Positions 28,961 to 43,663 of a stretch of 64,000 nucleotides of DNA are shown one piece after another. This DNA is from the human T2T-CHM13v2.0 reference genome, Homo sapiens, in assembly GCF_009914755.1 (NCBI RefSeq), contig NC_060947.1. The stretch is one strand, 5' to 3'. The notes beneath the pieces were generated by a model. The model was not told the DNA's origin. It worked only from the letters and a program-made list of their open reading frames with translations, and did no database searches. Numbering within the stretch: position 1 is the stretch's first letter; the number at the start of each line of letters is the position of its first letter. Both the position numbers and the translations under genes were made by a program.

Positions 28961-29759
28961 TAAAAAGATCTCATTAAGGAATGGGAGTGTAAGGACCATT
29001 CTTGATGCCCCTCAGATCATTCCACATGGGTGAATAGGTTACTTACCATTTCTGCCTATATCTAAGGTCAGCTTTCAAACACCTCTTTACTAAGTTCAAT
29101 AAAAGCCTTTTCTGCCCCCTGGCTTGGCCCTGGATTTACTTTGACATCCTTTCCACAGTGATCCAACTGGCTGGCTCCTCAAGATGGGTTTCTGATGGGT
29201 GGATTATGTTCCATCACCCACAATCTGGGGTTACTAAATGAATAAGTACCCATCTAGCCATGTTATGTCAGGATACCTAGAAAGGCCTGAGTGATTTAAT
29301 TTCAATAAACATCATGTAAAGATGTGTCCTAGGCCTTCTGCCTGGGATATGTTGACAGATATAAACCCCAAAAGGAGTTGTAGCCATATCTGAGAGCTAG
29401 CTTGGGGCCACCAGTAGGAAGGGAGAAGAAAACCCAATGCACCTTTCTAAATCTGTCTGATATTTGCAGCCACCAGGTTGCAGGAGGTGGTTTTTATTGT
29501 TTTCACTGGAAGCACAATGAAAGGACATTAACTACTTAAAGGAAGGTAGTATTTGGTATCTGAAACACATCTTACTCTCAATGGAAAATCCTCCTATTAT
29601 ACATTAAATATAGCCAACACTGTAGGACAAGAGATACTGTAATGAAAAACAGGAGTAGACCAATGGTCTCTCCTACCACAGCCTGCAACCTCCCTCAGTA
29701 ATGACCTGTCTGGCTCCCTTCTTAGGTATTCCTCTGTGCCACACAGCTAATAGATATTT

Positions 29760-29985
29760 TGTTCATTCAATCATTCATCCAATTATTCATTCAACAATTC
29801 TTCAATAAGCACCAGTTATGAACCAGGCACTGGGTATCAGCTACTGGGAATTCAATCAAATGAAATAATCCTAGTCCCTCTCCTCCTGGGGCTTACATTC
29901 TAGTGGAGGAGACAGACATTTTTTAATTGCACAAATAAACATATACTTATAACCTGTGATCAATGCTGTGAAAGAAAAGACCAAA
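29760..29985 (-). mobile_element. L2 3' end (continues after 32662)
   Basis: (TCAT)n-like tail, aagcaccagttatgaaccaggcactggg...gggcttacattctagtggagagagacagac. Confidence 0.7.
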
Positions 29986-29987
29986 GT

Positions 29988-30519
29988 ACACCTGATTCTC
30001 ATTATTCGCAGCAACTACGCTCCATAAAGTTTTCACAAACACTAAATTAGCAAATCCTGAATCATTGTTCCTGGGAAATACAGTGTTAAGTTTCTGCAAG
30101 CCTGTAGTCACAACATTTTTACCAACCAACCAATACATAACCTTGTTTTGTGTGTGTTTCTGTTTAAAGACACTTTAATATATATTGTTAATTCATTAAC
30201 ATTGAACTCACAGCCAGCAGCGCTATAATTCATGCATGAATTAAGCTGCTTGTCTAACATACATAGTTTCTCCGTAAGGCACATCACAGCCTTCTTGTGC
30301 TTAGGAACCATAGACAGCACTTCAGCACTATGCATGAGGGCGATTTTAAACAAGGAAATCACCAATAAAAAGCACAAAAATTGCAAAAGACACAGCACTA
30401 AATAGACCACAAGAAGGACTCTTGTTTAGAGTATGAGAACTGAAGCAAAGCAGAGCATCACCTCGTTCAGCTTCAGCTGGGACATATGTCTCAGACAATT
30501 CAAAATTTTCACTGCTCTG
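29988..30519. mobile_element. Tigger4 (Zombi)-like DNA transposon, truncated
   Basis: ta|cacctgattctcattattcgc terminus; aaggcacatcacagccttcttgtgcttaggaac...cagcacttcagcactatg; minus-strand ORF remnant KHKKAVMCLTEKLCMLDK is typical of Tigger N-termini. Confidence 0.75.
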
Positions 30520-30944
30520 GTGTCATAATCTTAAACACCTAGTAGAGGCAATGCCAGCTTATTTAATCAGTAGATTTTTCTAAATTTGGGAAGAACATAC
30601 CTAAGTAAAATAAAAATGTCCACTCATATTTAACACTGATAAATCAGAAAAACATAGCTTTTCATTGAAACAAAAACACTGAACTACTCTCATTTGCCAG
30701 ATTTACCTAATTTATATGAACTTGAATTTTTTAAAAACATTTGAGTTAATTTCTATAAGAACACTTTTTAAGAACATTTATTGTATTCAATACAATATCA
30801 TTTCCTTAATTTCTGGGAATTGTAGGAACATTCAATTTATACAGCAGTTATTTATCTCTAAGCTAATCCGAATAAAGCTCCTGTAAGAGATTTTAAAATC
30901 TAATTTGGTAATACCATCCAAAGGTAGGTAAATATCCCACACTC

Positions 30945-31518
30945 CAATTCCTCAGGGATCTAGAACTAGAAATACCATTTGACCCAGCCATCCCATTACA
31001 GGGTATACACCCAAAGGATTATAAATCATGCTGCTATAAAGACACATGCACACGTATGTTTATAGCGGCACCATTCACAATAGCAAAGACTTGGAACCAA
31101 CCTAAATGTCCAACAATGATAGACTGGATTAAGAAAATGTGGTACATATACACCATGGAATACTATGCAGCCATAAAAAATGATGAGCTCATGTCCTTTG
31201 TAGGGACATGGATGAAACTGGAAACCATCATTTTCAGCAAACTATCGCAAGGACAAAAAACCAAACACCGCATGTTCTCACTCATAGGTGGGAATTGAAC
31301 AATGAGAACACATGGACACAGGAAGGGGAACATCACACACCGGGGACTGTTGTGGGGCGGGGGGTGGGGGGAGGGATAGCATTAGGAGATATACCTAATG
31401 CTAAATGACGAGTTAATGGGTGCAGCACACCAACATGGCACATGTATACATATGTAACAAACCTGCACATTTTGCACATGTACCCTAAAACTTAAAGTAT
31501 AATAATAGTAATAAAAAA
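30945..31518 (+). mobile_element. 5'-truncated young LINE-1, L1PA3-like
   Basis: ctcagggatctagaactag, actatcgcaaggacaaaaaacc, cattaggagatatacctaatgctaaatgacgag, accaacatggc; TSD atcccacactc at 30934-30944 and 31519-31529. Confidence 0.9.
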
Positions 31519-31634
31519 ATCCCACACTCACACAATGAAAGGTAAAGTTCTTTCTGAATTGTGTATAAGCATACAAATGGATAGCTTATAGCTTTAATTC
31601 TAAAATTTCAGCCAAGGGTCAAATGGAAACATAG

Positions 31635-32336
<702 letters not shown>

Positions 32337-32378
32337 TGAAGGTGAGGTCCAATTCCTTCTAAGTCATGGCACCAAAAC

Positions 32379-32661
32379 TGTGAAGAATAAAATGCAACAG
32401 ACAACCAAGGAGATGATTTTATTTGAGCTATTGTAACAGGGAGGGAGAATGTTCATTAAGAGGGAGAAAACTTAGGGTGGATCTTATCTGAGTCATTGAA
32501 AAAGGGTGGAGGTGGGTTTTGTCTTGCCATTTATGAGGGTGGGATGGTCCTTTGCAGTTAGCTTCTTGGAACACAAAAGCATCACAAAACAGTAGGGGGT
32601 TTTCTTGACTGTTGCTACTTTTCCAAGAGCACAGAGCTCAAAATAAAGCTCAATCTCGTCA
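32379..32661 (-). mobile_element. ERV1-class 5' LTR (MER110/MER90-like; family tentative)
   Basis: Minus strand begins TGAC...GAGCTTTATTTTGAGCTCTGTGCTCTTGGAAAAGTAGCAA and ends ...CA, a few bases before a PBS. Confidence 0.6.
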
Positions 32662-33029
32662 GGCCAAACCATGCAGCACCTTATTGACCATGGTAAGGCT
32701 GTTTGCTCTTTATCCTAAGAACAACGGGAAGTCATTGAGGGTTTAAGGAAGACTATGGCGTGGTCACTTGGCCTGAGATAGCCTGGCTGTATCCTCCTAC
32801 TAACTTAGCTCACTGCCTTCAGTGCTTCCTGGCTGGGTTTTCACAGGCTGCTGAATTTCAGGCTCCCTTATTGCTATGATGTCTCTGCATGACAGGCTGC
32901 CCAGTGGGGACCCCGGGCTTCCTCTCTCAGGCTTCCTGCTTTTTTCAGACCCTGCTGCTCAGCTCGTGTCCCATCCCTTACAGCAAAATCTCTCCCTAGG
33001 GCCTATGCCACCATGATGAGTATTGATAG

Positions 33030-33360
33030 TCTGGGGATCACAAAGTGGCCTACAGGAGGCAGACAGATACTCTAAACAAGGAAAGCGTGCAGTGTATAAT
33101 ACAACAGGCAATGGTGAGGGACTGTGGCAAGCCGGAGAGTATCCCTGGGCACAGATCCTGCCCCAGTGTGGCAGCCACTACTCAGCATAACTAATTGTTG
33201 CCAAGCCGGCAACTTACCCAGTGTTTTCTCATCCTACCATTTTCAACTTTCTGGATTTTTAAATGTGGGCAACCAAGTCAAAATGTTTTAAAATATTGTT
33301 CAGGTCACATAGGGTGTGAGTGCTGAATTTAGCCTACAGATTCTCACTTGGCAACTTCTA
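33030..33360. mobile_element. MER102-like hAT-Charlie element
   Basis: gcctacaggaggcagacagat...ggtgagggactgtggcaagccggagag...ttggcaacttct. Confidence 0.6.
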
Positions 33361-34978
33361 TTTTCATCCTAAAGAGATCCTGGACCTGTCAGCCTGCTCT
33401 CCACCCCACCCCAGCTGCCAGCAGTGCTCAGCAAGTCATCAATCAATCACCTTTTGCCCCGTGAGCAACACTGGTACCTACAATGTTCTCTGAATTCTCT
33501 GAAAAATTCTCTGAATGAGCAAACCAGCCTCATTCAGAGAATAGGCCCATCTGAGTCTATTACAGAGAAAGAGTTAAATTCTAATACTCAAGAGTGGAGG
33601 CTTCATCAGCTACCTGTCAGGGACTGAAATACAGGGGAACCTGGTGGCAGAGGCTGCCACTGACCACACAAAAGCTGGGAAACAAGGCATTTTCTCACTA
33701 AGGTAGGTGAGGTTCAATTCTTTCCCTCTTTTACCCTTCCTCTGGAGATGTGGGCAAGAAGCAGAGGAATAAAAATGGCAGGCAAGCCCCATGGTAATCT
33801 ACCAGCCACAAGACAACCAGCCTCTAGCAAGTTCAGATCCACTGGTCCAACCTCTCTCAGGTCACTTTCCCAAAATTTATCCAAGGACCCCACATTCTGA
33901 TGGGAGAACACTGAGACAAGAATGGCATTCTATCATGCCCTAGGTTTGTCAGGCCTCAACACAATCAAGAACAATGTTCTGAGAAGCTTAGGCAGTGGCT
34001 TTACACATAAGGCAGTAAGAAAGAACAATTTATTTTCATAACCAGCTCCTACACCAGACAATTCAGAAAAGAGCCAAGGGACAAAGTCACAGAGCATGCA
34101 TACAGGGCATGCATGCTTAAAATACACACTCATGCTCACAGACCACGCAGGCACTCCCCTCACCTCCCACCCCCACCTCTGCCCACACCTGCAAACTCAA
34201 ACCAGCCTCAGCCAGTAAACCCTTCACCTTCCCCTCCTCATTCTCAACACACGCAAAATCCTTGGCATTGATATTTCAGGCACAAAACTTATTTCTGTTC
34301 AACATTAATAGCACCAGAGGAACTTTTAACTGGGAATTACAACTCTTTCCAAAGTAGTTTAACACTGGACCCCAGCAAAGGCCCCAGGCTGTTCTGTGAG
34401 CATGTGAAAAGCCTCAGGAGCTGCTTAGAAGGATTAACAGAAATAATCTTTCCAGGCTAATGGCTTTTCTGGGCCCCAGGTCTGATCTCCAAGCCTGGAA
34501 CAGAGCTCATCAGGCCCTGACTCAAAACTCAGGAAGGAAGCAGGTAAATTGCTACAGACTGCTTCCTTGTGCTATTGGATCTCTTGCAAGACAGAACCCC
34601 CCAATGTGGTCCTAGAGGCCTCAGGCACTTCCTGCATGCAAATACACTGTGTGTGCTGCATGACAAGCCTAATGTGGACAAAAAGTAGGTGGCCCCCTAC
34701 CAGGGCAGCTTGAGAAATGGCTTAAGAGATTCCCTAACAACAACAACAAAAACAAAAACCGAGCTCTCCCAAGCCCAAGCACCTGGAATCCACTATTACT
34801 CATTCCTCCTAAAGCTCAAAAACTCCCTGTTGAAATATAAACATATCGTCCAATTAACACCCATTAACACATTAGCATGGATTCCTTTTCCAGATTGGCT
34901 GATAAAATAGCCTACAGAACAGAAAGTAGAGTCCTAATGGGATGGTAAATAGGTTTAGGTAAAGGTCAGCAAGGCTGT

Positions 34979-35023
34979 GGGGTGGGGGTGGGGGTGGGGG
35001 TGGGGTGGTCCGGGGTGGAGGGG
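34979..35023 (+). repeat. (TGGGGG)n G-rich tract, potential G-quadruplex
   Basis: ggggtgggggtgggggtgggggtggggtggtccggggtggagggg. Confidence 0.85.
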
Positions 35024-35769
35024 AAGAGGCCTGAAAGGCAATAACAGTGATTCTTTTACTGGTTACAAAGTGCTTGAGCCTCACAATAACATTGGCGAGA
35101 CATCAGAGAAGGGTTTCTTGTCTCCCTCTTACAGTGCCTAAAGAGGTTAATTGCTGAGCTCAGTAGTATATCAGTTCATCATTTGAATTGAGCTCTACAA
35201 ACATTTCCTGAACATCTGCTCCACTCAGGCAATATGTTCTTTGTCCAGGATACAGAGATGGTCAAGACATTGTCCCCACTCTCAAAAAGCTTAGTCTACT
35301 GTAGGTGACAGTCACAGGTAGTAAGAACAAAAGGCAAATATCATGATAAAGGAAATAGTCGGCACTGTGAGAACATAGAGAAGGGACATCTGACTCAAAT
35401 CAGGTGGTGGAGGTACAGTAAGGTCACGGAAGTTTTTCTGCAAGAACTAACACTTGAACCCAGATATTCTCACGTCAAACCTCGTACTCTTTCCATACTC
35501 CTGATGATAAACTTCATGATGCCTTGACAATTTGTTTCTCTCAGTTCATGGATAAGTTACACCATGCTGTAAGATAATAGAACATCTTAGGTCCTTACAG
35601 CTTTGGCTGTCAGGTCAGCCAGTCTTCCAGGCCCAACCTTATAGTCAGGGTCTCCATGGGCCAGTGGGAAAGGGAGGAAGACAGGAGGTCTGGAATATGG
35701 TTGAAAATCAAGTTCTCCCTCATTGAAAGCCAATTATTTGTTCCTCATTGGGGCGACTTAATTAGAAAT

Positions 35770-36290
35770 AAAGGTATTAAGTATTTACTATGTGTCAGAC
35801 ATTGTGCTAAGCTTTTTGTAGACATTAACTCATTTCGTCCTGCAACAGCCTGATGCAATAGGTAACACCTCCAATTTACAGATGGGAAAATGGAGAGTTC
35901 AAGAGACCACACAACTTGGCAAAGACTGGGATTCTAACCCAGGCCTTTGTACTGTGCTCCACTGCAGTATTGTCTCTGAATTGCTGTGAGCACCCCTTAC
36001 CCTGCCTCCCAGCTACTCATTCCATCCATTCATTCATCCGGTGTTTGTTAAGCACCTATTGTATTTAAGGTACTATACTTGAATATGCTAGAGATTCTAA
36101 GACATGTAGGCCAAGGAATTTACCTTCCAGAAGTTTACAGAACATAAACTTGCTGAATTTTAGAATTGAGGGGTCACATTGCCCAACCCCGTCATCCTAG
36201 ATATGAAAAAACAGAAGCCCAGAGAAGACAAGTGAGCCACGCAAAGTCACATACCTGGTTAGTGGTTGACCCAGGATGAAACCGGGTCTC
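35770..36290. mobile_element. Cluster of MIR / L2 / MIR fragments
   Basis: tatttactatgtgtcagacattgtgctaagc; (TTCA)n L2 tail at ~36018; gaagcccagagaagacaagtgag...aaagtcacatacctggttagtgg. Confidence 0.6.
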
Positions 36291-36410
36291 CCTAAATTGC
36301 TGGTTCTCAAACTTTGTGTATTTTAAAGAAAATGCAGATTTCAGAGCCCCACCCTAGATAACACATTCTGAAGCTGCGGAGGTGGTGCCTGGGAATCTGT
36401 ATTTAAATGA

Positions 36411-36780
<370 letters not shown>

Positions 36781-39778
36781 ACAACCCCATTTTTATCTTG
36801 AGGTGAGACAGAAGAGCTAGACCTCTTCAGAAGGACAAAAGTATTGTGGACACAATCAATCTGGAGAGAAAAGACGAATGCAAGGGAAAAAATTGGAAAG
36901 GACTATAAGACAGTGAAAACAGAAATAGCAAAATATGTAGCAAACCCAGTCAAGGCTGTAGCAGTCAGAGAAGGAAAAGCTCTCTGTCAGTTGAGGTAAT
37001 CAGGGAGGCCTTTCTGGAGGGGGTGGGATTTAAATCCAGCATTTCAGGACAAGAAGGATTCAGTGGATAGGGAAGAGGACATTCCAGAGAGGAAAAATAC
37101 TTTGAGCAAAGGTACAAAGTGAGGACATGTAGGTTGTACTCAGGATACAGAGCAGAGAAGAGGCCTACCCAATTCTGCCAGATTTAGGGGATAGACTGGG
37201 GGACCAAAATGCAGTCAGCCCCTGCTTCATGAATCACACACAGCATGGCACAGGGAGATGGGAGAGATAATGAACAACAAAACAAACCAAATGACAATTT
37301 GAGATGGTGATAGGTGCTATGAAGACAATAACCAGAGTGAAGTGATATGGCTGGAGATGGGAGAAGCTATCTAACTAGGAGAGTGAGAGACAGTCTCTGA
37401 GGAGATGCCATTTTTGCCACAACCCAAATGACAGTACATGCAGGAAAGCGGTGGAGAAAATGACAGGAAGATGGTTGCTGAGACCATAACTGGAGACTCT
37501 CCACCCTAGCTTATCTGCTTTCATCGAAGCCCGGGTGAAAGATATGTAGGGCAGCAATGAGCCTGTTTTCTGATTTGGTCAAGATAGAATGGGGTCCAGA
37601 AAAGAGCAAAGTGCATTTCTTGGTCACTAGGTAAGATTAGGTTGGGGACCTAGGCTAACAGAGTGGGCTACATTCTGAAGGCACTCTTTGCCCCAGTATT
37701 CAGGTCTCTCACTGAGCCCAAGTCCTGATGGGCTCTTCCCGCTCCTGCCAGATACCTAGCAGTTCCCCAGCTGGTTCAGCCTCTGTCAACTTTGTAGGAA
37801 CTCAAGGCTCTGAAGCCAAGGCCTGACCCACAGAAACTGTCCAAGGCCCATGGGATCCACCTGAAACAGCCCACACACACAAGCAGGCATCTTTCTCCTT
37901 TTGTAAGGTCAGAGTCTATTGCTCTAGAGCCAGAACCTGAGGCCAACGCTGAGGGAATGGCTCCTCAAACTTCAGTGAATCTTCCTTTTACTCCTCCCTC
38001 CTTACCTTTCTCCACAATCACAGACCCCCTGCTGCTGTAGCCATGACCTGTGTCTACAACTGGTCCATGGAAAAATTGACAGGTTGGTGATTTGTCTTTG
38101 GTGCCTCTATATCCTTTCTGTGGCCTCTCTCTCCCTGGTCAGATGTCCAGGACCCTTGTGGTCTCTCCTTTCACCCAATCTCCTTCTCTCAGGAAACAAT
38201 ATTAATGGCCCAGTAATATTAAGATCAAAGTAACTAATGAAGCTTAAGCAGCATTTGCATTTTGACAGGATGGTATTGTAGGTCTTAGTACATAAATATG
38301 GAAGATTTTTAAAAATTAGATACTTAACATGTATTCCTGAAATGATGTTAGAAAGACAGTTGCTTATTCTGGCTATATGGGGTTAAACTCTGGTTTCTTA
38401 AGGCAGAAGCTAAAAGAAAGACAATGTAAGGGCAAGAAAGAGCCAAGACACAGATTTGTCATAACTGCAGGATGAGTTTATTTGTTTTTAACCATAATAA
38501 TGATTAATATTATGGCAACACCCTGCATTGCGGGTATAAAAACACAATCCTATCCCAAAATATGACTCAGCCTCTGTACTCCCAGATATCACTGAAATTC
38601 CTTGGAAGGCAGCTGCAGCCCCTTGCAGAGGCTCCCATTCTTGCTACTTTCACAGTTGGACAAGACAAAGCGGACCCACAACCCTGCTGCTAGGTGCCCA
38701 GTCATAAGGGAAGGAGGACTGGGCCCACAGATCCCCACCCCACCCAGTATAGCCAACTGTACATCCTATTCAGACCAACAGTTTCCCCACCCCCAACTAC
38801 CACTCGGGAAATGGGCTGCTTCTGGGCCAAATTCCCTGTTTAACAGCAATTCAAACACTTCATCCTGAACCTTTGAATGGAAGGGGTCGGGAAAGTTCAG
38901 AGGGATAAGTATTTGCCTTTATCCACAAAATGCCTATGCTTCCAGAACCCTACTCCTGCCCTCTTCTTACTTGAGGACTCTTTGTGATTATATCTTTTAC
39001 ACTAAGAAGTGAAAAAATAAATCAACTCCTCTACTGGGACCATATTCTTGGGTGTGGCTTTTCGGTTAACTAACTGATGCCTGGGACGAACAGAGGTAAG
39101 AAGCGGGGTGGCAAGAGCTAGGAAGATCTCAGAAGCCCAAGTATTCTAATTAACATTACTTTTGAGTGCCAGCTCCAAAAGTTTTCCATTTCTTTTATCA
39201 TACTTATTGAAAAAGAAGCTAAGGCCCCAAAGAGGACAGGAACTTGCCGAAGGTCACATCAAAAATATATAGTAGAGCTTAGGAACATGAGCCAGGTCCT
39301 CCACCTCCAGCCAAGTGCTCCATCCAAAAAGATGTGTGATTCTCCCCAGTGACTCAGAGAAAAACACAGAGAAACAGGGTTATCAGAGGAGAGATTTGCA
39401 GTTCATGTGCTTTTATTCAACCTCCTAAAATGAACAGGAAGGAGAGACACAAACAGGTCCTGAATGGATGTTAGAATTGCAAAACAGGAGGGGCAGCAAG
39501 ATGATAGTCTCTTCTGTTTTCAAAGATACTGCTCCAGCAATGGGCCACTCCATCTTCCCAGATGTTCTCCACTATCCTGGAGGAGGGAAGGGAAGGAGAG
39601 GAAGAAGTGGGAGAGAAAAAGTAAGGAAAAGATTTGGAAGAAAAAACAAAAGATGGCTGAGTCAATGTTTGAAAAAGAACAATGTTCCATCCCAGGATGC
39701 GTTGTCACCATAAGTTACAGTACAAGTTGGTTCCCTCTCTTCTCTCTCCCCCGCACCTCGACCTTCTGCCCTGTCTCA

Positions 39779-39780
<2 letters not shown>

Positions 39781-39815
<35 letters not shown>
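39781..39815. repeat. (CA)n microsatellite
   Basis: Directly visible. Confidence 0.95.
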
Positions 39816-39818
<3 letters not shown>

Positions 39819-40642
39819 CTCTCTCTGTCTCATTAGTCTCCCTTGGGCCTACCCTTCTTTTCTCCCCAGATACCTGGCCCAGGCTCTGGAACCTCTGGAC
39901 TTCCACTGGTTTGAAGGAATTGCTGGGCCAGCCCCGTCTATATGCTGTTTGACCTGTATATTTGGCAGATGTTAGTTCCCTCTGCCATTCCCTGGGGGGC
40001 TTAAGCAGATAGTTTGGCAGAAAAATATCTATTCCAAATGGTCTCATTATATTCAAAGAGGAAAATGTCACATTTCCCGCCCCACCATCCATCACTGGCC
40101 TCTTCTCAATGTCTCCTAGACTGGGCTAAGACTATGTCTACACCTCTGCTACTCAACTCCCACCTCCCACCTCCTGTCTTTAACCTAGAGCAGTGGGCTT
40201 CGCTGGCCCCAAAGGAGAAGGAGGCCTGAGCCAACAAGAAAACTGCTGAAGCAAAGTGAGAGCCACTCTCCAGAACCCAACTAACACCTCATCATCCAGA
40301 GGTCACTTCTCTGGCAATCTCACATATCTGGAACAAAGCTGAGAATAAAGAAGTAAGAAGGGAAAAATAAGAGGGAGTGGGCCTCCAGGAAGTCAAAAAG
40401 ATGTCAGCATACATACAATAAAGTTTGCCAGCTTTACTCATAAAAGAATCTTCCTGAGAGCCAATTTCTTTACTTCAGGCTAAATCCTTACAAGTGTGTT
40501 TATTGTTTCTGTAGCCACAGAAAATGAGAAACAGCAAATTATGAGGAGGCAGAAATACTGATAGCAGCAGAAGTGACAGTTGAATATAGATGTAGACAGC
40601 GAATCAATGTCCTGAGATTTTGTCTTTTTAATAATACAGCAA

Positions 40643-40800
40643 ATTTGCCAGGCATGGTGGTACGTACCTGTAGTCTCAGCTACCCAGGAGGCTGAGGTGG
40701 GAAGATTTGTTGAGCCCAGGAGGCAGAGGTTGCAGTGAGCCAAGATCGTGCTACTGTGCTCCAACCTGGGTGAACGAGTGAGACCCTGTCTCAATAATAA
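40643..40800 (+). mobile_element. 5'-truncated Alu (right arm, AluJ-like)
   Basis: Right monomer with (AAT)n tail; TSD aataatacagcaa. Confidence 0.85.
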
Positions 40801-41549
40801 TAATAATACAGCAAGACTGACTCCTGTTGTCAAACATGGAGCAACTTGCTGAGCGATGAGAAAGTTGGCAAATATCACTGGCCAATCTTGTCTACCTATC
40901 TTCTTTAGCACATTGTTAGTTGCCTGACCATTTGATGGGTTATGATGGTGACAGCTAAACTAAGCCTCCTTCCTAAAAACAAAAAATCTCCTTAAGCCCA
41001 GGTGAGGTAAACCCAGACCTCTTGTCAGAAATGGCTGAGTGTGGCCACCTGTGCATCATAACTAACCAGCCCAGAGGTGGTAGGGGAGGACAGGGAAAAG
41101 CACTCAGCCTCCAGAGGAGGAACTTAGCAAGAGCTAGGCCGGGAACCAGGGCCCCAATCAAATACACCTTATTCCAAGCAGAGAGAAGACACTCAGGCAG
41201 GTGAACTGGGTCATGCAGTGGGGAAGAGAAAAGGGCTGCAACTTGAGGGCTGCAAGGTACCTGAGTCTTTCTTGTGGCTCACTCCTGTCACCAGTGGGCT
41301 GAAGCAGCTGAGTTGTCCCATACCTCATTTAGGATTGGCTCAGAATGGGAAAAGGGAAAGGTTGAGGAAGGCAGAGGATTGCAGTCCCCTTGAACAAAAG
41401 AACAATTCTACCTCCAGGGTTGTCCTTTATGGGCCAGGAATTCACCCTGATTCCTTAGCCTCTCTGAAAATATTTGTACTCACTTTTGATAAACAGTTTT
41501 ATTGAAATATATTTTACATGCCACACAATTCATCCATTTACAAGTGTAG

Positions 41550-41877
<328 letters not shown>

Positions 41878-41927
41878 TAGTATACATATAGGGTTGTATA
41901 ATCATCACCACAATCACCTATTTTTAA

Positions 41928-42275
<348 letters not shown>

Positions 42276-43505
42276 TAATGCAGAGAGATCTCTTGTATAC
42301 TTTAGTTTCTCCCAATGGTAACATCTTGCAAAACTGTGGTACATTATCACAACCAGGATATTGATATAACTCACCCATCTTGTAACAAATTATCCAGTTT
42401 TACTTGTACTTATTTGTGTGCATGTGTGTGTGTGCATGTGTGTTTCATGTGTTTCATTCTATGCTATTTTATCACCTGTGTAGGTTCATGTATCCACCAC
42501 TACAGTAAAGATGCTGAAAAGTTTTGTCACCACAAGGATCTTTTATGTTGCCCTATTATAATATAACCACACCTGCCTCACTTCTCTTCTCTTCCCTAAT
42601 CCCTGGCAACCACTAATCTGTTCTTTGTCTTTGTAATTTTGTCATTTCAAGAATATCATAGAAGTGGAATAATACATCATAGCAACCTTTGGGGATTGGC
42701 TGTTTTCCCTCAGCATGATTCCCTTGAGGGTCATCCAAATTGTTACATGTTTCAGTAGCTTGCTCCTTTTTATCTTGCACCCACTTTTAATTTAGGGAAA
42801 TTTGCCAGTGACTTAATAAATTGATTGAGAGGGCCTGTAGGAGGCATTGCAGCACATTGAAGGAACTGCAGAAGCAGAGGGCGCAGGCCTCAGTAGAGCT
42901 CTTCCAGCCTTAAAGACGGGCCTGGAGTCTTGAATTGCACTGAAGCACGTGGCTCTTTCTTTTAGTTGAAAAGTGCACAGCTTAGTTCTTGAGCAATCAG
43001 CTGCCAGCAGTTGTCACCACAGGACATCTGGCATATGGGGAGCTCCACCCATATCAGACACCACTCTCTAGAGGAGAAGCCTCAGAGGGGAGAAATCATT
43101 AATCCTAGCAGAGCCCAACCATCGAGCGTTTAGCATTCCAGAAACTGTCCACAGACTGAGCAACAATTGCCTTTGGGGAAAGAAAAACCATGGCAGAAGC
43201 CAAGGAGCCTTAGGAAAGCCAGAGGCTCTTGCTTGATTTTTAGAGTAGAGTTATCTTAAGGAGGCTATACTCCAGTAGCCCTGGTGGTACTGATTTCACA
43301 TTTCTTTTTTTTCACTCATATTGAAAACCTAAAGATTTTCTGCTTCTTCAGTTTCTATTGATCTCCCAATCATCAGAATGGGGTGCCTGTTATGATGTCT
43401 ATAATTTACTTTAAAATACTGAAGCAGAGACAGTGTGATATTCCACATGATTAGTTTAAATATACACTCTTTGAGTAGTCAGTTACCTTGATCAAGACTT
43501 CTAAA

Positions 43506-43663
43506 TCGGGTGTGGTGGCATGCACCTGTAGTCCCAGCTACTAGAAAGAATGAGGCAGGAGGATCACTTGAGTCCATGAGTTCAAGTCCATAGTGAGCTA
43601 TGATCACACCACTGCACTCACAGAATGAGACCCTATCTATCTCTTAAAAAAAAAAAAAAAAAA
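43506..43663 (+). mobile_element. Alu monomer (FRAM/FAM-like)
   Basis: gggtgtggtggcatgcacctgtagtcccagctact...gtgagctatgatcacaccactgcactc plus poly-A. Confidence 0.8.

Noticed and set aside
39464-39975. 162-aa and overlapping ORFs containing THTHTH runs
   Set aside because: They derive from a (CA)n microsatellite and GA-rich low-complexity sequence.
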